Positions 1 to 12,692 of a DNA stretch of 64,000 nt are shown piece after piece. The notes below the pieces were generated by a model, which had not been told where the DNA came from, did not search any database, and saw nothing but the letters and a program-made list of their open reading frames with translations. Numbering within the stretch: the stretch's first letter is position 1; every line of letters begins with the position of its first letter. The position numbers and the translations under genes were made by a program. The stretch is from Octopus bimaculoides (taxonomy: Eukaryota): NCBI RefSeq assembly GCF_001194135.2, contig NC_068989.1, forward strand, positions 3,208,379 through 3,272,378, read 5' to 3'.

Positions 1-66
1 GGAAACTAAGGCACAAACAACAATGGGTGTGTTTAGAAGTTATGTTTACCCTGGGAAAACACTACT

Positions 67-106
<40 letters not shown>

Positions 107-159
107 ATGTGTATGAGTGTTTGTTTATAAAAATATGTGTAAAAGAAATATATATAAAA

Positions 160-305
160 GTGGTTGGTGTTAGAAAGGGCATCCAGCAGCAGAAATATTT
201 CCAAAGCTGACATTGGAGTACGATGCTGTACTATGGTTCGTTGGATCCTACCAAACTGTCCAACCCATGCCAAATGAAAAACAGACAGCTGATGATGATG
301 ATGAT
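160..305 (+). mobile_element. Family A copy
   Basis: GTGGTTGGTGTTAGAAAGGGCATCCAGC...CCAACCCATGCC...GATGATGATG. Confidence 0.65.
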
Positions 306-929
306 AGTGATGGTGATGTATCATCAGCATTAGTCAACATCCATTTTCCCTTCCTAACATCAAACACTTCACAGAGTGTACTGTGTGCTTTTTAGGTGGC
401 ACAAGTATAGATTCTCTTTCCGTGGCACCAGCACACACATTATATATAATGTGTGTGTGTGTGTGTGTGTGTGTGCATACACATGAGAGTGAAAATGCAT
501 CTCCCTGCTGTTCACTGGTCTGTAAACAATAACCCCCAACGATGCTGCTTCACTTGCTGTCAACCATGGAAGCATCTCCAGGATCCTTGACATGTTGTGT
601 AATCTTTGTAAGGAAATGCCTCATTCGTGCTGCATCATTTGTTTCTCGGTGTCCATGTAAAGCATGTCTGTGCTGTTTATTGTTCAACAGATTGGGAGAT
701 TAATGTCCCACTTGGAAAAAGGTGCTGGCAACGAGAAAGGCATCCAGCCATAAAAAAAAAAACTTTGCCCTAATAATAAATTCACATTTGACACATGCAA
801 GCATGTTAATGGTCTGCACACACGCACGCACGCACGCACGCACGCGCGCGCATAAATAGCCAAGATATAAACTGTAACATCGGATGGTAGCTAAAAGAAG
901 TTTACCAAAAATACACCAACTGGGGGAAC

Positions 930-1190
930 CGCTTTCCATGCTGGCATGGGTTGGATGATTTGACTGAGGACTGGTAAGCCAGAAGGCTGCACCAGGCTCC
1001 AATCTGATCTGGCAGAGTTTCTACAGCTGGATGTCCTTCCTATCGCCAACCACTCCGAGGGTGTAGAGGGTGCTTTTACATGCCACAAGCACGAGGGCCA
1101 GTCACTTGGTACTGGCAACGGCCACGCTCAACAAGGTGTTTTTTACGTGCCACCTGCACGGGAGCCAGTCCAGCGGCACTGGCAACGACC
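930..1190 (-). mobile_element. RTE-derived (GAT)n-tailed 3'-end family A
   Basis: GCTTTCCATGCTGGCATGGGTTGGA...TTTCTACAGCTGGATG.CCTTCCTA.CGCCAACCACTC. The same segment follows the RTE fragment at 49078-49240. Confidence 0.75.
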
Positions 1191-1694
1191 TATGGTATGC
1201 ATGAATTTTTGTATTGGCATGTAGATGTTAATATATTTGTTTATATATGTATGCACATGTAGGTATATATATATGTATGTACCTACATATATATGTGTGT
1301 GTATTAGAGTATGTAGCATCTACATGTATAAATATAAAAATAGATATGTATATTCATTTTTAAGGCTGTCAGAATTTATTCATTTTCCCACTTTATTATA
1401 ATTAATTACTTACTTAATTAAGCAGTTATTATCTACATATTATTATATTTTATTTCTTTACTCATTCTCTATATATTTATGTTATTATTACACAAGTAAT
1501 TGTGTATATATTTTGAAATATTCCTACATAATTAGGAAGCTCAATTATGTTTTCATCTAATATGTAATACTAACGCTTAATTACTCTTTCTCTCTCTAAT
1601 TGCTTGATGTTATATTTTGTGGAAAATTAATTTTTCTCAGTCAAATTTGTTCTGAATATTGGAATCATAAATGTTCTGAAAGGACTTTGTTACA

Positions 1695-1853
1695 TACAGT
1701 TCTATATTTAAGAGAAGAGGAATTATGTACATTATTTACATTTGACGGATATTTGTCCTCATCTTGTTTGTTGTTAGCACAACATTTCGGCTGATATACC
1801 CTCCAGCCTTCATCAGGTGTCTTGGGGAAATTTCGAACCTGGCTTCTCATTCC
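1695..1853 (-). mobile_element. Headless fragment of the same hammerhead element
   Basis: Matches 57029-57185 closely. Hammerhead core at 1776-1821 (CTGATGA-AGGCTG..CAGCC-GAAA-TGTT; CpG of the palindrome decayed). No tRNA head. Confidence 0.75.
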
Positions 1854-2170
1854 AAGTTTTAAAATAATTGCCATACGTGTTCTAAGAGGTAACTAAAAGA
1901 GATGACACACAAAGGCCCAAAGGCCACCTGTAACACACTTCTTCCTCCGAAAACTCATCCGATGCATGCCTGCAGGGAAAAGCAAACATAGAACAATGAT
2001 GAATAATAATGATTGTGTTGATCTTGTTACTTGGGAGGGCAGAAAAATATCATGGGTGCTGCCCCTCCGTCTCAGAAGAAAGGGAAAAATATATACGAAA
2101 ACTTTATATTTGTTATGATGGCAAAGTGGACTTAATGTATAAGAGATGCCTTTCCAAATAGAAACGTATA

Positions 2171-2261
<91 letters not shown>

Positions 2262-2412
2262 CCACATGCATGTGTGCACGCACATATGCACACAAGAAAT
2301 AAATATATAAAGAAAGATTTCAGCCTAAGCAAGTATGGTAAATTAATAAGTGAATTAATGATGATTATATAGATACAGCTGTGTGTATGAGTATGTGGTG
2401 TGTGTGTGTGTG

Positions 2413-2459
<47 letters not shown>

Positions 2460-2754
2460 NNNNNNNNNNNNNNNNNNNNNNNNNNNNNNNNNGTATATAT
2501 ATATGAGAGAGAGAGAGAGAGTGAGAAGGGGATGTTTTCACATGTCATTTCCCTTCTGTGTCCTACATTTCATTCATAAAGATGATCTTTGTCTCAAACA
2601 AATTGCATCTGTCCTTAGAGCGAGAAAAACCAGATATCAGAAGTTAATATAATTTTCTTTAATTTTTTTTTGCAGTATATTATGATTATTTACAACTCTC
2701 CCATCTCCCAATAATAATAATAATAATAAAAATAATAATAATAATAATAAAAAT

Positions 2755-2965
2755 AATAATCCTTTCTATCAAAGGTACAAGACCTGAAATTTTGAGGGAG
2801 GGGACTAGTTGATTCCAGTGTTACACTGGTACTTAATTTATTGACCCTGGAAGGATGAAAAACAAATTCAACCTTGGTGGAATTTGAACTCAGAATGTAG
2901 TGGTAGATTTAATACTGTTAAGTATTTTGTCCAGTGTGCTAACGATTCTGCCAGTTCACCACCTT
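2755..2965 (-). mobile_element. tRNA-derived SINE family C (Deu/Nin-domain-like)
   Basis: Shared core GAGTTCAAATTC..CTTT(G)CCTTTCATCCTT..GGGTCGATAAAATAAGTACCAG resembles the Deu/Nin central domain; (ATT)n tail. Confidence 0.7.
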
Positions 2966-3044
2966 AAAAAAAGTAAAAATCAAAAAATAATTGGTAAATT
3001 ATCAGCACCCATTTGTGTATGTATATGTAGTTCTTTTTCATATA

Positions 3045-3123
<79 letters not shown>

Positions 3124-3250
3124 GTTTTGAGATGTCTTTGTGTGTGTGTGTGTTTTACTGTTTCCTTGTGTTGGCATCGAAAGGTCAGCAGCGGCCTTCA
3201 TGTCAAATCCTCCATGGAAACATATCTGGCCCTGGGGAAATATTACTTTA

Positions 3251-4205
3251 NNNNNNNNNNNNNNNNNNNNNNNNNNNNNNNNNNNNNNNNNNNNNNNNNN
3301 NNNNNNNNNNNNNNNNNNNNNNNNNNNNNNNNNNNNNNNNNNNNNNNNNNNNNNNNNNNNNNNNNNNNNNNNNNNNNNNNNNNNNNNNNNNNNNNNNNNN
3401 NNNNNNNNNNNNNNNNNNNNNNNNNNNNNNNNNNNNNNNNNNNNNNNNNNNNNNNNNNNNNNNNNNNNNNNNNNNNNNNNNNNNNNNNNNNNNNNNNNNN
3501 NNNNNNNNNNNNNNNNNNNNNNNNNNNNNNNNNNNNNNNNNNNNNNNNNNNNNNNNNNNNNNNNNNNNNNNNNNNNNNNNNNNNNNNNNNNNNNNNNNNN
3601 NNNNNNNNNNNNNNNNNNNNNNNNNNNNNNNNNNNNNNNNNNNNNNNNNNNNNNNNNNNNNNNNNNNNNNNNNNNNNNNNNNNNNNNNNNNNNNNNNNNN
3701 NNNNNNNNNNNNNNNNNNNNNNNNNNNNNNNNNNNNNNNNNNNNNNNNNNNNNNNNNNNNNNNNNNNNNNNNNNNNNNNNNNNNNNNNNNNNNNNNNNNN
3801 NNNNNNNNNNNNNNNNNNNNNNNNNNNNNNNNNNNNNNNNNNNNNNNNNNNNNNNNNNNNNNNNNNNNNNNNNNNNNNNNNNNNNNNNNNNNNNNNNNNN
3901 NNNNNNNNNNNNNNNNNNNNNNNNNNNNNNNNNNNNNNNNNNNNNNNNNNNNNNNNNNNNNNNNNNNNNNNNNNNNNNNNNNNNNNNNNNNNNNNNNNNN
4001 NNNNNNNNNNNNNNNNNNNNNNNNNNNNNNNNNNNNNNNNNNNNNNNNNNNNNNNNNNNNNNNNNNNNNNNNNNNNNNNNNNNNNNNNNNNNNNNNNNNN
4101 NNNNNNNNNNNNNNNNNNNNNNNNNNNNNNNNNNNNNNNNNNNNNNNNNNNNNNNNNNNNNNNNNNNNNNNNNNNNNNNNNNNNNNNNNNNNNNNNNNNN
4201 NNNNN
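3251..4205. other. Assembly gap (largest of about 15)
   Basis: N run. Other large gaps: 11686-12390, 13952-14378, 16782-17623, 20638-20900, 35878-36380, 38581-38849, 58553-59176. Confidence 1.
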
Positions 4206-4297
4206 TATGTATGTATATGTATATATGTATGTGTCTATATGTATATATATATATATGTGCATATGTATGTGTGTATGTGTATGTATGTGTCTATGTA

Positions 4298-4330
<33 letters not shown>

Positions 4331-5180
4331 GTGCGTATGTATGTGTGTATGTGTCTATATGTATATGTGTGTATATATATGTGTATGAGTATATATATGT
4401 GTGTGTGTGTGTGTTTATGAAGATGTGTATGTATATCCAAATATACTGATGTACAACCTATACATGCTTGCACACATACATACATTCACGCATATATGTC
4501 TGTGTGCGTATATAATATATGTCTGTGTGCGTATATAATAATAATGTAAACTGAGAACGTAAGTGACAAGAATAGTTGTCGGTTGTTTTAATTCTCGGCT
4601 GATCACTGTCATCTTTACGTCCACTTAAAATATCTTTCTGTGTGGTTCTCAGAAATCTTCAGAATGAGAGGAGATGGAGTAGGGAGACGGGGTGGAGAGG
4701 TGGGGGGACTAGAAGAGAGGCTGGGCGAGGGGCGGGCTGTCTTTATGCATGGGTTTGTGTGGCTGTGAATTTATTTTATAGATACATGTGTCATTATCAT
4801 CATTTTTATCGTCATCATTATCACCGTCGTCTTCGTCACCATCATGTCAGTTGTGCTTGTTTTAATGTCTTTTCTTTCCTAAGCTTCTGTGTGTGGGATA
4901 GGTCTGCCTTCTGGTAAATCCTAAGCCGTTTTGATCTTCTGCCAGCTTAGCATTGCTGTGATGCTCAATATCCTTAGATTCTGGCCACCCTACTTATTTG
5001 CATGTCCACTTCAGTTATGAGAACCTTCAGTTGGCATCACACAGTACGGAGCCAATCAAAGATGTTTGCGTTTCTATACGTGGTCACTCAGTCTGCCAGA
5101 AAGAACAGCAGAACCTACTTCAAATCATACCCTCCCATCTTTAAATAAACACACACACACACACGCACACACACATTTAT

Positions 5181-5342
5181 ATATATACGATGGGCTTCTT
5201 TCAGTTTCTGTCTACCAAATCCACTTTGGTCGGCTTGAGGCTAGAGTAGAAGACACTTGCCCAAGGTACCACACAGTGGGACTTAACCCGTAACCATGTT
5301 GTTGGTAAGCAAGCTACTTACCACACAGCCACTCCTGCACCT
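5181..5342 (-). mobile_element. tRNA-derived SINE family B (5' part)
   Basis: Head GGTGCAGGAGTGGCTGTGTGGTAAG and body CCTTGGGCAAGTGTCTTCTAC..GGATTTGGTAGAC shared with 13432 and 42645. Confidence 0.75.
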
Positions 5343-5761
5343 ATATATACACACACACACACACATATATATATGTATTTATGTGTGTGTGTGTGTGTGT
5401 GTGTACACTATTTTCTTTTGCCTTCTCTCTTTCTCCTATCCTTTGAACCATTTTTCTTGCTCTTTTTCTCTTTTCTTCCTCTCTCTCTGTTCTCATCTTT
5501 CTCTGTAAATATTAGTTTGAAGCAACACACCTCAGAGTCCACCCCCCCACACACACAATATAATTCACCTTTTGCACTTCTTCTGTTTTCTTCTTTTCAT
5601 AATTTAGAAGAATGACAAGAATCTATTAGGGATTATTCTGTGGTAATAAGGATGAAGAAGGGGACAAAATCAGATTTGTCAAACAGTGCGAGGGGCCACG
5701 TAAAAATGCTATCATTTTGGCTGCGTGTGCATGTGTTCATAGGCATATGTGTATGTGTGTG

Positions 5762-5795
<34 letters not shown>

Positions 5796-6239
5796 GTACA
5801 TGCGTTTATTCACCTATGTGCCATGTATGAAGGTGGAGGGGAAGTCATGTGATATGGTACACATACCAGAATTTGGCACAGATCAGCTGTTTCTGTGGTT
5901 ATCTCTTATGTTATCTCCTTTGTACTTCTTTGGTGGACAATAACAGAGGCAAAGCTGGAATGATGTGTGAAAGTAAGTTTACTTTCCCCGTGTGTGTGTG
6001 TTTATGTATCTGCGCATTTCACAGTTCTTAGGTATTCTTTTGAAGGGTGTTAATGAATTCGTAGCTATTTGTTTTGGGGGAGCAGTTAAAAACAATAAAG
6101 GAGTAAATATATATATATATAAATAAAAAAAATTGGAAGGTTATCACACTCTTTCTCCCTGAAAATAGAATTTATCTAGGCCAGATAATTTGAAAGCAGA
6201 ATCTCTCTCCATGTATCTGAATGTGTATGTATGTATGTA

Positions 6240-6512
6240 TGTATGGAGGAAGCAGGTTAAGGAGGGGATCAACACTTTTGAGAGAGCACGTATCCAGCAT
6301 GAAGAATTTAAGCGAGCTGCGCGAAAGTGCACGGCTCGTATAGTGAATGGGGAAAGCTTAATCTGCAATGCTTGCTGTCGTATATGCTTATCAAGAGCAG
6401 GGCTCATTAGCCACCAATGGAGCCGTAAATGCAAAATGTAAGTTAGTACTAGAGCGCAGAATGTTCCTGAAGGTCGGCTATGGTCTTCCTCGGTCACGAG
6501 TGGACGGCCATC
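6240..6512 (+). mobile_element. 3' end of BovB/RTE-like LINE
   Basis: WRKQVKEGINTFERARIQHEEFKRAARK..LICNACCRICLSRAGLISHQ (C-terminal C2H2-like finger), then a tail GGTCTTCCTCGGTCACGAGTGGACGGCCATCAT. Confidence 0.7.
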
Positions 6513-7098
6513 ATATATATAATGTACACTCGCACATGCACACAAACACATGTCTATGCTGTGTTTTTATACCATTCCCATCTATCGTATTCACTTAAAA
6601 GGCATTGGTCAGCTGAAGTCTATATTTGAAGACATTTGCTAGAGGTAACAATGTATCCTTTCTTGATTTGAGGGATATTTGACTACTGTCTCTAGCAGGT
6701 CGAGTCACTGTATAACAGCTCTTTTGTTGGCACAGCATTATTGTTGGTAGTGGTGGTCATATGGAAGGGAGAAAGGGGGAAGTCGGTTGAGCGCATTAGT
6801 GCATGGGGTTAGGTGGAGGGTCCAATATCTTGTTCCTTACAGTAAGATGTGATTTGAGGGAGACCTAGATTAATATTTCTAAAAGGTCATGCAAGCACAT
6901 AGAAATCCCTCTTTGGTTGGTTGTTAGGGCCTGGATGTGCCTGTAACGCGTCGTCTTAACCCCAGCCCTTTGCAAAAGCCTGGAGATGGAAAAAATATCA
7001 TCCAATGTGTGTTGACATTTACTGATACTAATTGGCTGTGAGTGCCTTATCTCTTGAATGAATTACAGGATTAACGAAGGTGACAAATNNNNNNNNNN

Positions 7099-7141
<43 letters not shown>

Positions 7142-7239
7142 GTATGTTATATAAGTATATATACGACGGTTCTCTTTCAACTTCCGTCTACCAAATCTAC
7201 TGAAAAGGCTTTGGTTGACCCGGGGCTATAGTAAAATAT

Positions 7240-7770
7240 ATTCTCCTTATGTCGGTCTGTGTCAAATAATCGAGAGAAGAGTGCTTAGTACATGTTAAAG
7301 TAGGCTGTATTCCTCATACGAGTCCTCTACTCAGGTTTCAAGTCACCGCGATCTTCAAGCGAAAAGCTGAAGATCGTAGTGGCCCGAAACTTGAGTTAGA
7401 TTTATAAATTTCTTCCAATTAAATAAGTAAGTGTCGTATAGTAATATATTTTCCTATTTTTGTGTGTTTATTTAATTTTTTAATGTTATTTTTGCTATAT
7501 TTATTTTTAAAACTCAACACGTCTCATAAACTTAATTATTCTTTCATTCGTACAATCCAGTCGCTTATTATCATAATAATTTGCCGACATTATCAAGTTT
7601 GATCTCTTTTACGACACATGATTACAAGTAATATAATTGTTTTTAAGTTAAATTGGTATAAACATGTCAGCATGGTCTTAAATGCAAAACAACTACACAT
7701 TGCACTGACGAGGCAATAAAGATCGAAACACGTATGTCAGCTTAACAGATGACTGAATAAAATTATATAT
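7240..7770. repeat. Unclassified repeat with hairpin and hammerhead-like words, possible Penelope pLTR remnant
   Basis: Hairpin 7329-7396; CTGACGA..GAAAC at 7705-7729, followed by AATAAA at about 7756. Confidence 0.35.
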
Positions 7771-8100
7771 ATATATATATATGGTTCTGTTTGTGTGTTT
7801 GTTTTTTATTCCTTCAAATTTAATAAAAGAAAATCTATTGTATAGAATCCATAACATTACCTACATCGGTGTATGAAAGACGCAAATGAATAAGCCGGAT
7901 ATGTGTGTGTGTGTGTGTGTACATATGTATGTATATAATGTTTATATAAATACTCCAACCCATACCAGCATGGGAAATGGGCGTTTGATGATGATGATGA
8001 TGATATATGCATACATAAATGTATGTACACATCCTTTGGTTTTTTTTGAGTTTAACAAATGAGACGAGGAATATTTAGTGCATGCAATACTGTGAGTGTA

Positions 8101-8184
<84 letters not shown>

Positions 8185-8428
8185 AATATAAAATATATGG
8201 TCCAACTCATGCCAGCATGGAAAGCGGACATTTTATATATATATATAGTGAGAGAATATATATATTTGTTTAAAGTTAATGATTCACTGCATTGCTACCT
8301 AAGCTTTCTCACTTGATGCGATCATTGAGGCGGCAATGAATATGCTGTTGCCTCAGTGATTTCATTGAGTGAAGAAGAAGTCTTGAATAAGGTCAGAATG
8401 AATTAAAAGCTTCACACACACACACAGA

Positions 8429-8465
<37 letters not shown>

Positions 8466-8904
8466 AGAGGTTTCCCTGTTGGCACATATTTTCATTCCAG
8501 TTAATGACTTCAGCCTTCGTTCTACGTTGGATGATTCTCAACAGAACACTGTCTGCTTGTTAAAGGTTTTTGACATTTTCACATCACACCAAGCGTAACA
8601 CATAGTTCTGTGCTTTCTGAGATGCAAAACTTACCAACCACAGATGAATCTATGAAGGCTTATCTTCAAATATCTTTCATCAGTAATAAATTCTGACGAG
8701 GCAAATTATTCACATTTGCCATTTTTGGTGGAATCAGCACTTTGTAGAAAAAAAGAAAAATGGCCTGCCGGATTCTTTCTTGTTGTCTTGTGTTATTTTA
8801 GAAGCTTTTTGCCCCAGGGTCATTAAAGGGCTGGACAGGTTTATACTATTTTTTATCTTGTTTCAATCATTGGTATGACCTTGAAGGCAAAACCTGAGCA
8901 TTTA

Positions 8905-9200
8905 TTTGTGAATCTGGTACTTTTTAGTCTGTTGGTCTCTTTTACTGAACTGCTGTTATGGGGATGTAAACAAACCAACGACAACTGTCAAGTAAGCACA
9001 AACACACACACATATACATATATACTTATACACATCAGGCTTCCACACAATTTTCACTGACCAAAATCAGCCATAAGGCAGTCATTGGTCGACTTGGGGT
9101 GGGGTTCTATGGTAGAGGATACTTCCCCAAGGTGCTACACAGTGAGATTGAACCCAAAATCATATGGTTGCAAAGCAAGGTTCTGAACCACACACCCATA
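8905..9200 (-). mobile_element. SINE family B, diverged
   Basis: Reverse-complement similarity to the 13432-13816 copy. Confidence 0.6.
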
Positions 9201-9218
9201 CATACATAGACATTTTTA

Positions 9219-9269
<51 letters not shown>

Positions 9270-9284
9270 ATATATATACATACA

Positions 9285-9420
9285 CTGCCAGTGCTGGTGC
9301 CAAATAAAAGGCACCCAGTCCACTCTGTAAAGTGATTAGCATTAGGAAAGGCATCCCGCCATAGAAACCTTACCAAAACAGACAATTGGAGTCTGGTGCA
9401 CCTCTCTATCTTGCACAACA
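9285..9420 (+). mobile_element. Family A copy, partial
   Basis: GCATTAGGAAAGGCATCC.GCCATAGAAACC. Confidence 0.55.
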
Positions 9421-9632
9421 ACTGTCAAGTAAGGTTTTTTCTGTTTGTCAAGTCACAACAAGGACCTCAGACAAACAGTACTTCACACAATATGTGTGCA
9501 GTTCCAAGTAATGCTGACTTTCGCAATACATTTAGATTGTAGGGTATTTCTAAAGTTTGCAGATGCTTTTTCAGATTGGGTGGTATTAAACCCAATGCTC
9601 TGAATTATTATTATTATTATTACTGTAATTAT

Positions 9633-9930
9633 GGTGGCCTAGTGGTTAAGGCATTGCATTCATGATCGCTAGATCATGGATTCAATTCCTGGACAGAGCA
9701 TCACATTGTGTTCTTGCGCAAACCACTCCATTTCATGTTGCATTGCAATCATTTCAACATCTGACATGTGGCACAAGTGCTCCTGTACAGGCAATATCGA
9801 TCTGATGGAGGAAATGAGCTAATCTACAGCACATAGATTCGATCCCCAGAAACAAATCATTTGTGCAGGTCGTTCAGCAAAAACGGAACACTCAGACATC
9901 GTCTTCGGTGAGAGAGATTATCGTTATCAT
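9633..9930 (+). mobile_element. tRNA + CORE-like SINE family D
   Basis: A box TGGCCTAGTGG, B-box-like TTCAATTCC, then TTGTGTTCTTG.GCAA.CACT.CATTTCA.GTTGC (CORE-like). Confidence 0.65.
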
Positions 9931-10524
9931 CATTGGAAAATAACGAAGTCTGCATCTTTAATATATTATTTCTGAAACACGATCAACGTTATTATTTCTG
10001 CTGATTAAATCTCATACCGTTACATATTAACTATGTTAAAAATTGTATTTACAAAATAGTTTAATTCACAATCATTTATTTAAAATGCTGAATGTAGAAT
10101 GAATTTGGTTGAAAAATTACAGTAATTACTAATATCCGTCTGTTTTGCCCGGCAGGTTAAAATGTTTCAACCAGCTTGTAATAATTGCTATCCTCATCAC
10201 CACCACCACCATCATACCACCACCATCACTATCATCATCATCACCATCATTATCATACCACCACCATCATCACCACCACCATCATCATCATTGTTTAAAT
10301 GTTTTCTTTTATTTGCTTTTATATACTTAGTTTTTTTTCTATGGAAAATGGAATCTATAAAAAAATGTTTCTTTGTTTCATTTGTTGTGATTTCAATTTG
10401 AGGAATTTCTCGAAAATAATTTACCAATTCTGTGTTTGTAGATTGATAAGTTTATCATTTCTCAAATGATTTAATTCCAGATTAGAAGTAATATATTGCC
10501 ATCATTATTATTATCATCATCGTT

Positions 10525-10765
10525 AAGGCTGTGATTTGGCAGAATCGTTAGCAGAATCATTTGCACACCAGGCAAAATAATTAGTGTCATTTCATCTGTC
10601 TGCATGCTCTGAGTTCAAATTCTGCCAAGTTAGACTTTGCTTTTCATACTTTCAGGGTCAATAAAATAAGTACCAGTTAAAAACAGGGGTCAGTGTAAAT
10701 CGACTTAACTCCTTCCCCACAATTTCAGGGCTCGGCCCTATAATAGAAAGGATTACTATTATTAT
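10525..10765 (+). mobile_element. SINE family C
   Basis: GGCAGAATCGTTAGC head, same core, GAAAGGATTACTATTATT tail. Confidence 0.75.
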
Positions 10766-10859
10766 CTTAAATGTTAGCTTGAGTTCTTGTTGTATAATGT
10801 CAGGTCAGCTTGTGCATTGAACTCTGAAAACCAAACCAAACTACATTTAAGACTGTTTC

Positions 10860-11060
10860 CTTCTTAATTAGAAGCACTACAATTTGTTTGATACTTTTAT
10901 ATCTTGGTCCCACAATTTGATGCCCCTGTAATCAGGGAACTTCCATAAACACCTTTCCAGAGCATCACCCTTTTTCATGTAGCTCTTGACAATGATGATG
11001 TTGCCTCAATATCAGTCCCAGACAACAACCCCTTCCTCTATTAATTGACTTTGGGAATGA
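10860..11060 (-). mobile_element. RTE RT N-terminal fragment
   Basis: Minus strand KGDALE....DYRGIKLWDQ, the same motif as 31335-31517. Confidence 0.55.
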
Positions 11061-11223
11061 CTTGCGTATACCCTTCCTCACTGGAGGTTTTCATAAACTC
11101 GGATGTCGGGGTGGAAAACTGCTCCGGCATCTCGTCTGTTATTAAGACAATTATATTACAGATAAATTCCTCTATTTACATGATATCGAGGTCTCATTCA
11201 TTCTTTTGCTGTCCTACCATTAC

Positions 11224-11258
<35 letters not shown>

Positions 11259-11261
11259 GTG

Positions 11262-11302
<41 letters not shown>

Positions 11303-11637
11303 ATATATGTGTCTGTGTATATATATATTTATGTATATATATATATATATATATGCGTGTGTATATTGTTTACTTTGTCTTTGTTTATTCAAAATGGTAA
11401 CTTGTGACTTGAGGAAAAATTGGCTGCTATTTCTACTGGTTTAAGAGATTATGTAGATGCTCCTGTGTTGAATTAGAATCAGGAATGTGAAAGTAATCAC
11501 TGTAATTTGTGAAATTTCAGTTTTAAAATAAATTCTCAAATAAAACCTATAAACTTTGCATTATTGAGTACTTTTATTTAGTTTGTAAACACAAACACTT
11601 AACTAATTGTATGTGTGTGCATCATGTGTGTTCACAA

Positions 11638-11685
<48 letters not shown>

Positions 11686-12390
11686 NNNNNNNNNNNNNNN
11701 NNNNNNNNNNNNNNNNNNNNNNNNNNNNNNNNNNNNNNNNNNNNNNNNNNNNNNNNNNNNNNNNNNNNNNNNNNNNNNNNNNNNNNNNNNNNNNNNNNNN
11801 NNNNNNNNNNNNNNNNNNNNNNNNNNNNNNNNNNNNNNNNNNNNNNNNNNNNNNNNNNNNNNNNNNNNNNNNNNNNNNNNNNNNNNNNNNNNNNNNNNNN
11901 NNNNNNNNNNNNNNNNNNNNNNNNNNNNNNNNNNNNNNNNNNNNNNNNNNNNNNNNNNNNNNNNNNNNNNNNNNNNNNNNNNNNNNNNNNNNNNNNNNNN
12001 NNNNNNNNNNNNNNNNNNNNNNNNNNNNNNNNNNNNNNNNNNNNNNNNNNNNNNNNNNNNNNNNNNNNNNNNNNNNNNNNNNNNNNNNNNNNNNNNNNNN
12101 NNNNNNNNNNNNNNNNNNNNNNNNNNNNNNNNNNNNNNNNNNNNNNNNNNNNNNNNNNNNNNNNNNNNNNNNNNNNNNNNNNNNNNNNNNNNNNNNNNNN
12201 NNNNNNNNNNNNNNNNNNNNNNNNNNNNNNNNNNNNNNNNNNNNNNNNNNNNNNNNNNNNNNNNNNNNNNNNNNNNNNNNNNNNNNNNNNNNNNNNNNNN
12301 NNNNNNNNNNNNNNNNNNNNNNNNNNNNNNNNNNNNNNNNNNNNNNNNNNNNNNNNNNNNNNNNNNNNNNNNNNNNNNNNNNNNNNNNNN

Positions 12391-12429
<39 letters not shown>

Positions 12430-12542
12430 AATACATATATGTATTTGGCATACAAAACACATACATACACACATTAATACTCATTCATACACACATACAA
12501 GTAAATACCAGCTTGAATACAAAGGTATACAAACAACATACA

Positions 12543-12692
12543 CATCATCATCATCGTCACTTAACGTCTGCTTTCCATGCTGGCATGGGTTGGACGGTTT
12601 GACTGAGGAAGGGCAAGCTGGAAGGCTGCACCAGGCTCCAATCTGACTTGGCAACGTTTCTACAGCTGGATGCCCTTCCTAACAGCAACTAG
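12543..12692 (-). mobile_element. Family A copy
   Basis: CATCATCATCGTCACTTAACGTCTGCTTTCCATGCTGGCATGGGTTGGACGG... Confidence 0.75.

Noticed and set aside
2991-4449. Long ORFs in the six-frame track (also 11603-12602, 16421-17950, 35758-36615, 58429-59260)
   Set aside because: They run through N gaps and TA/CA microsatellites (YI/HT/CV repeats) and are not genes.
8693-8720. CTGACGA followed by a perfect 7-bp hairpin GGCAAAT/ATTTGCC
   Set aside because: No GAAA box follows the stem, so the hammerhead core is incomplete.
8635-8740. Minus-strand segment with a good acceptor and GTAAGT donor
   Set aside because: Stop codons occur in all three frames; at most a non-coding exon, and this is unsupported without RNA data.
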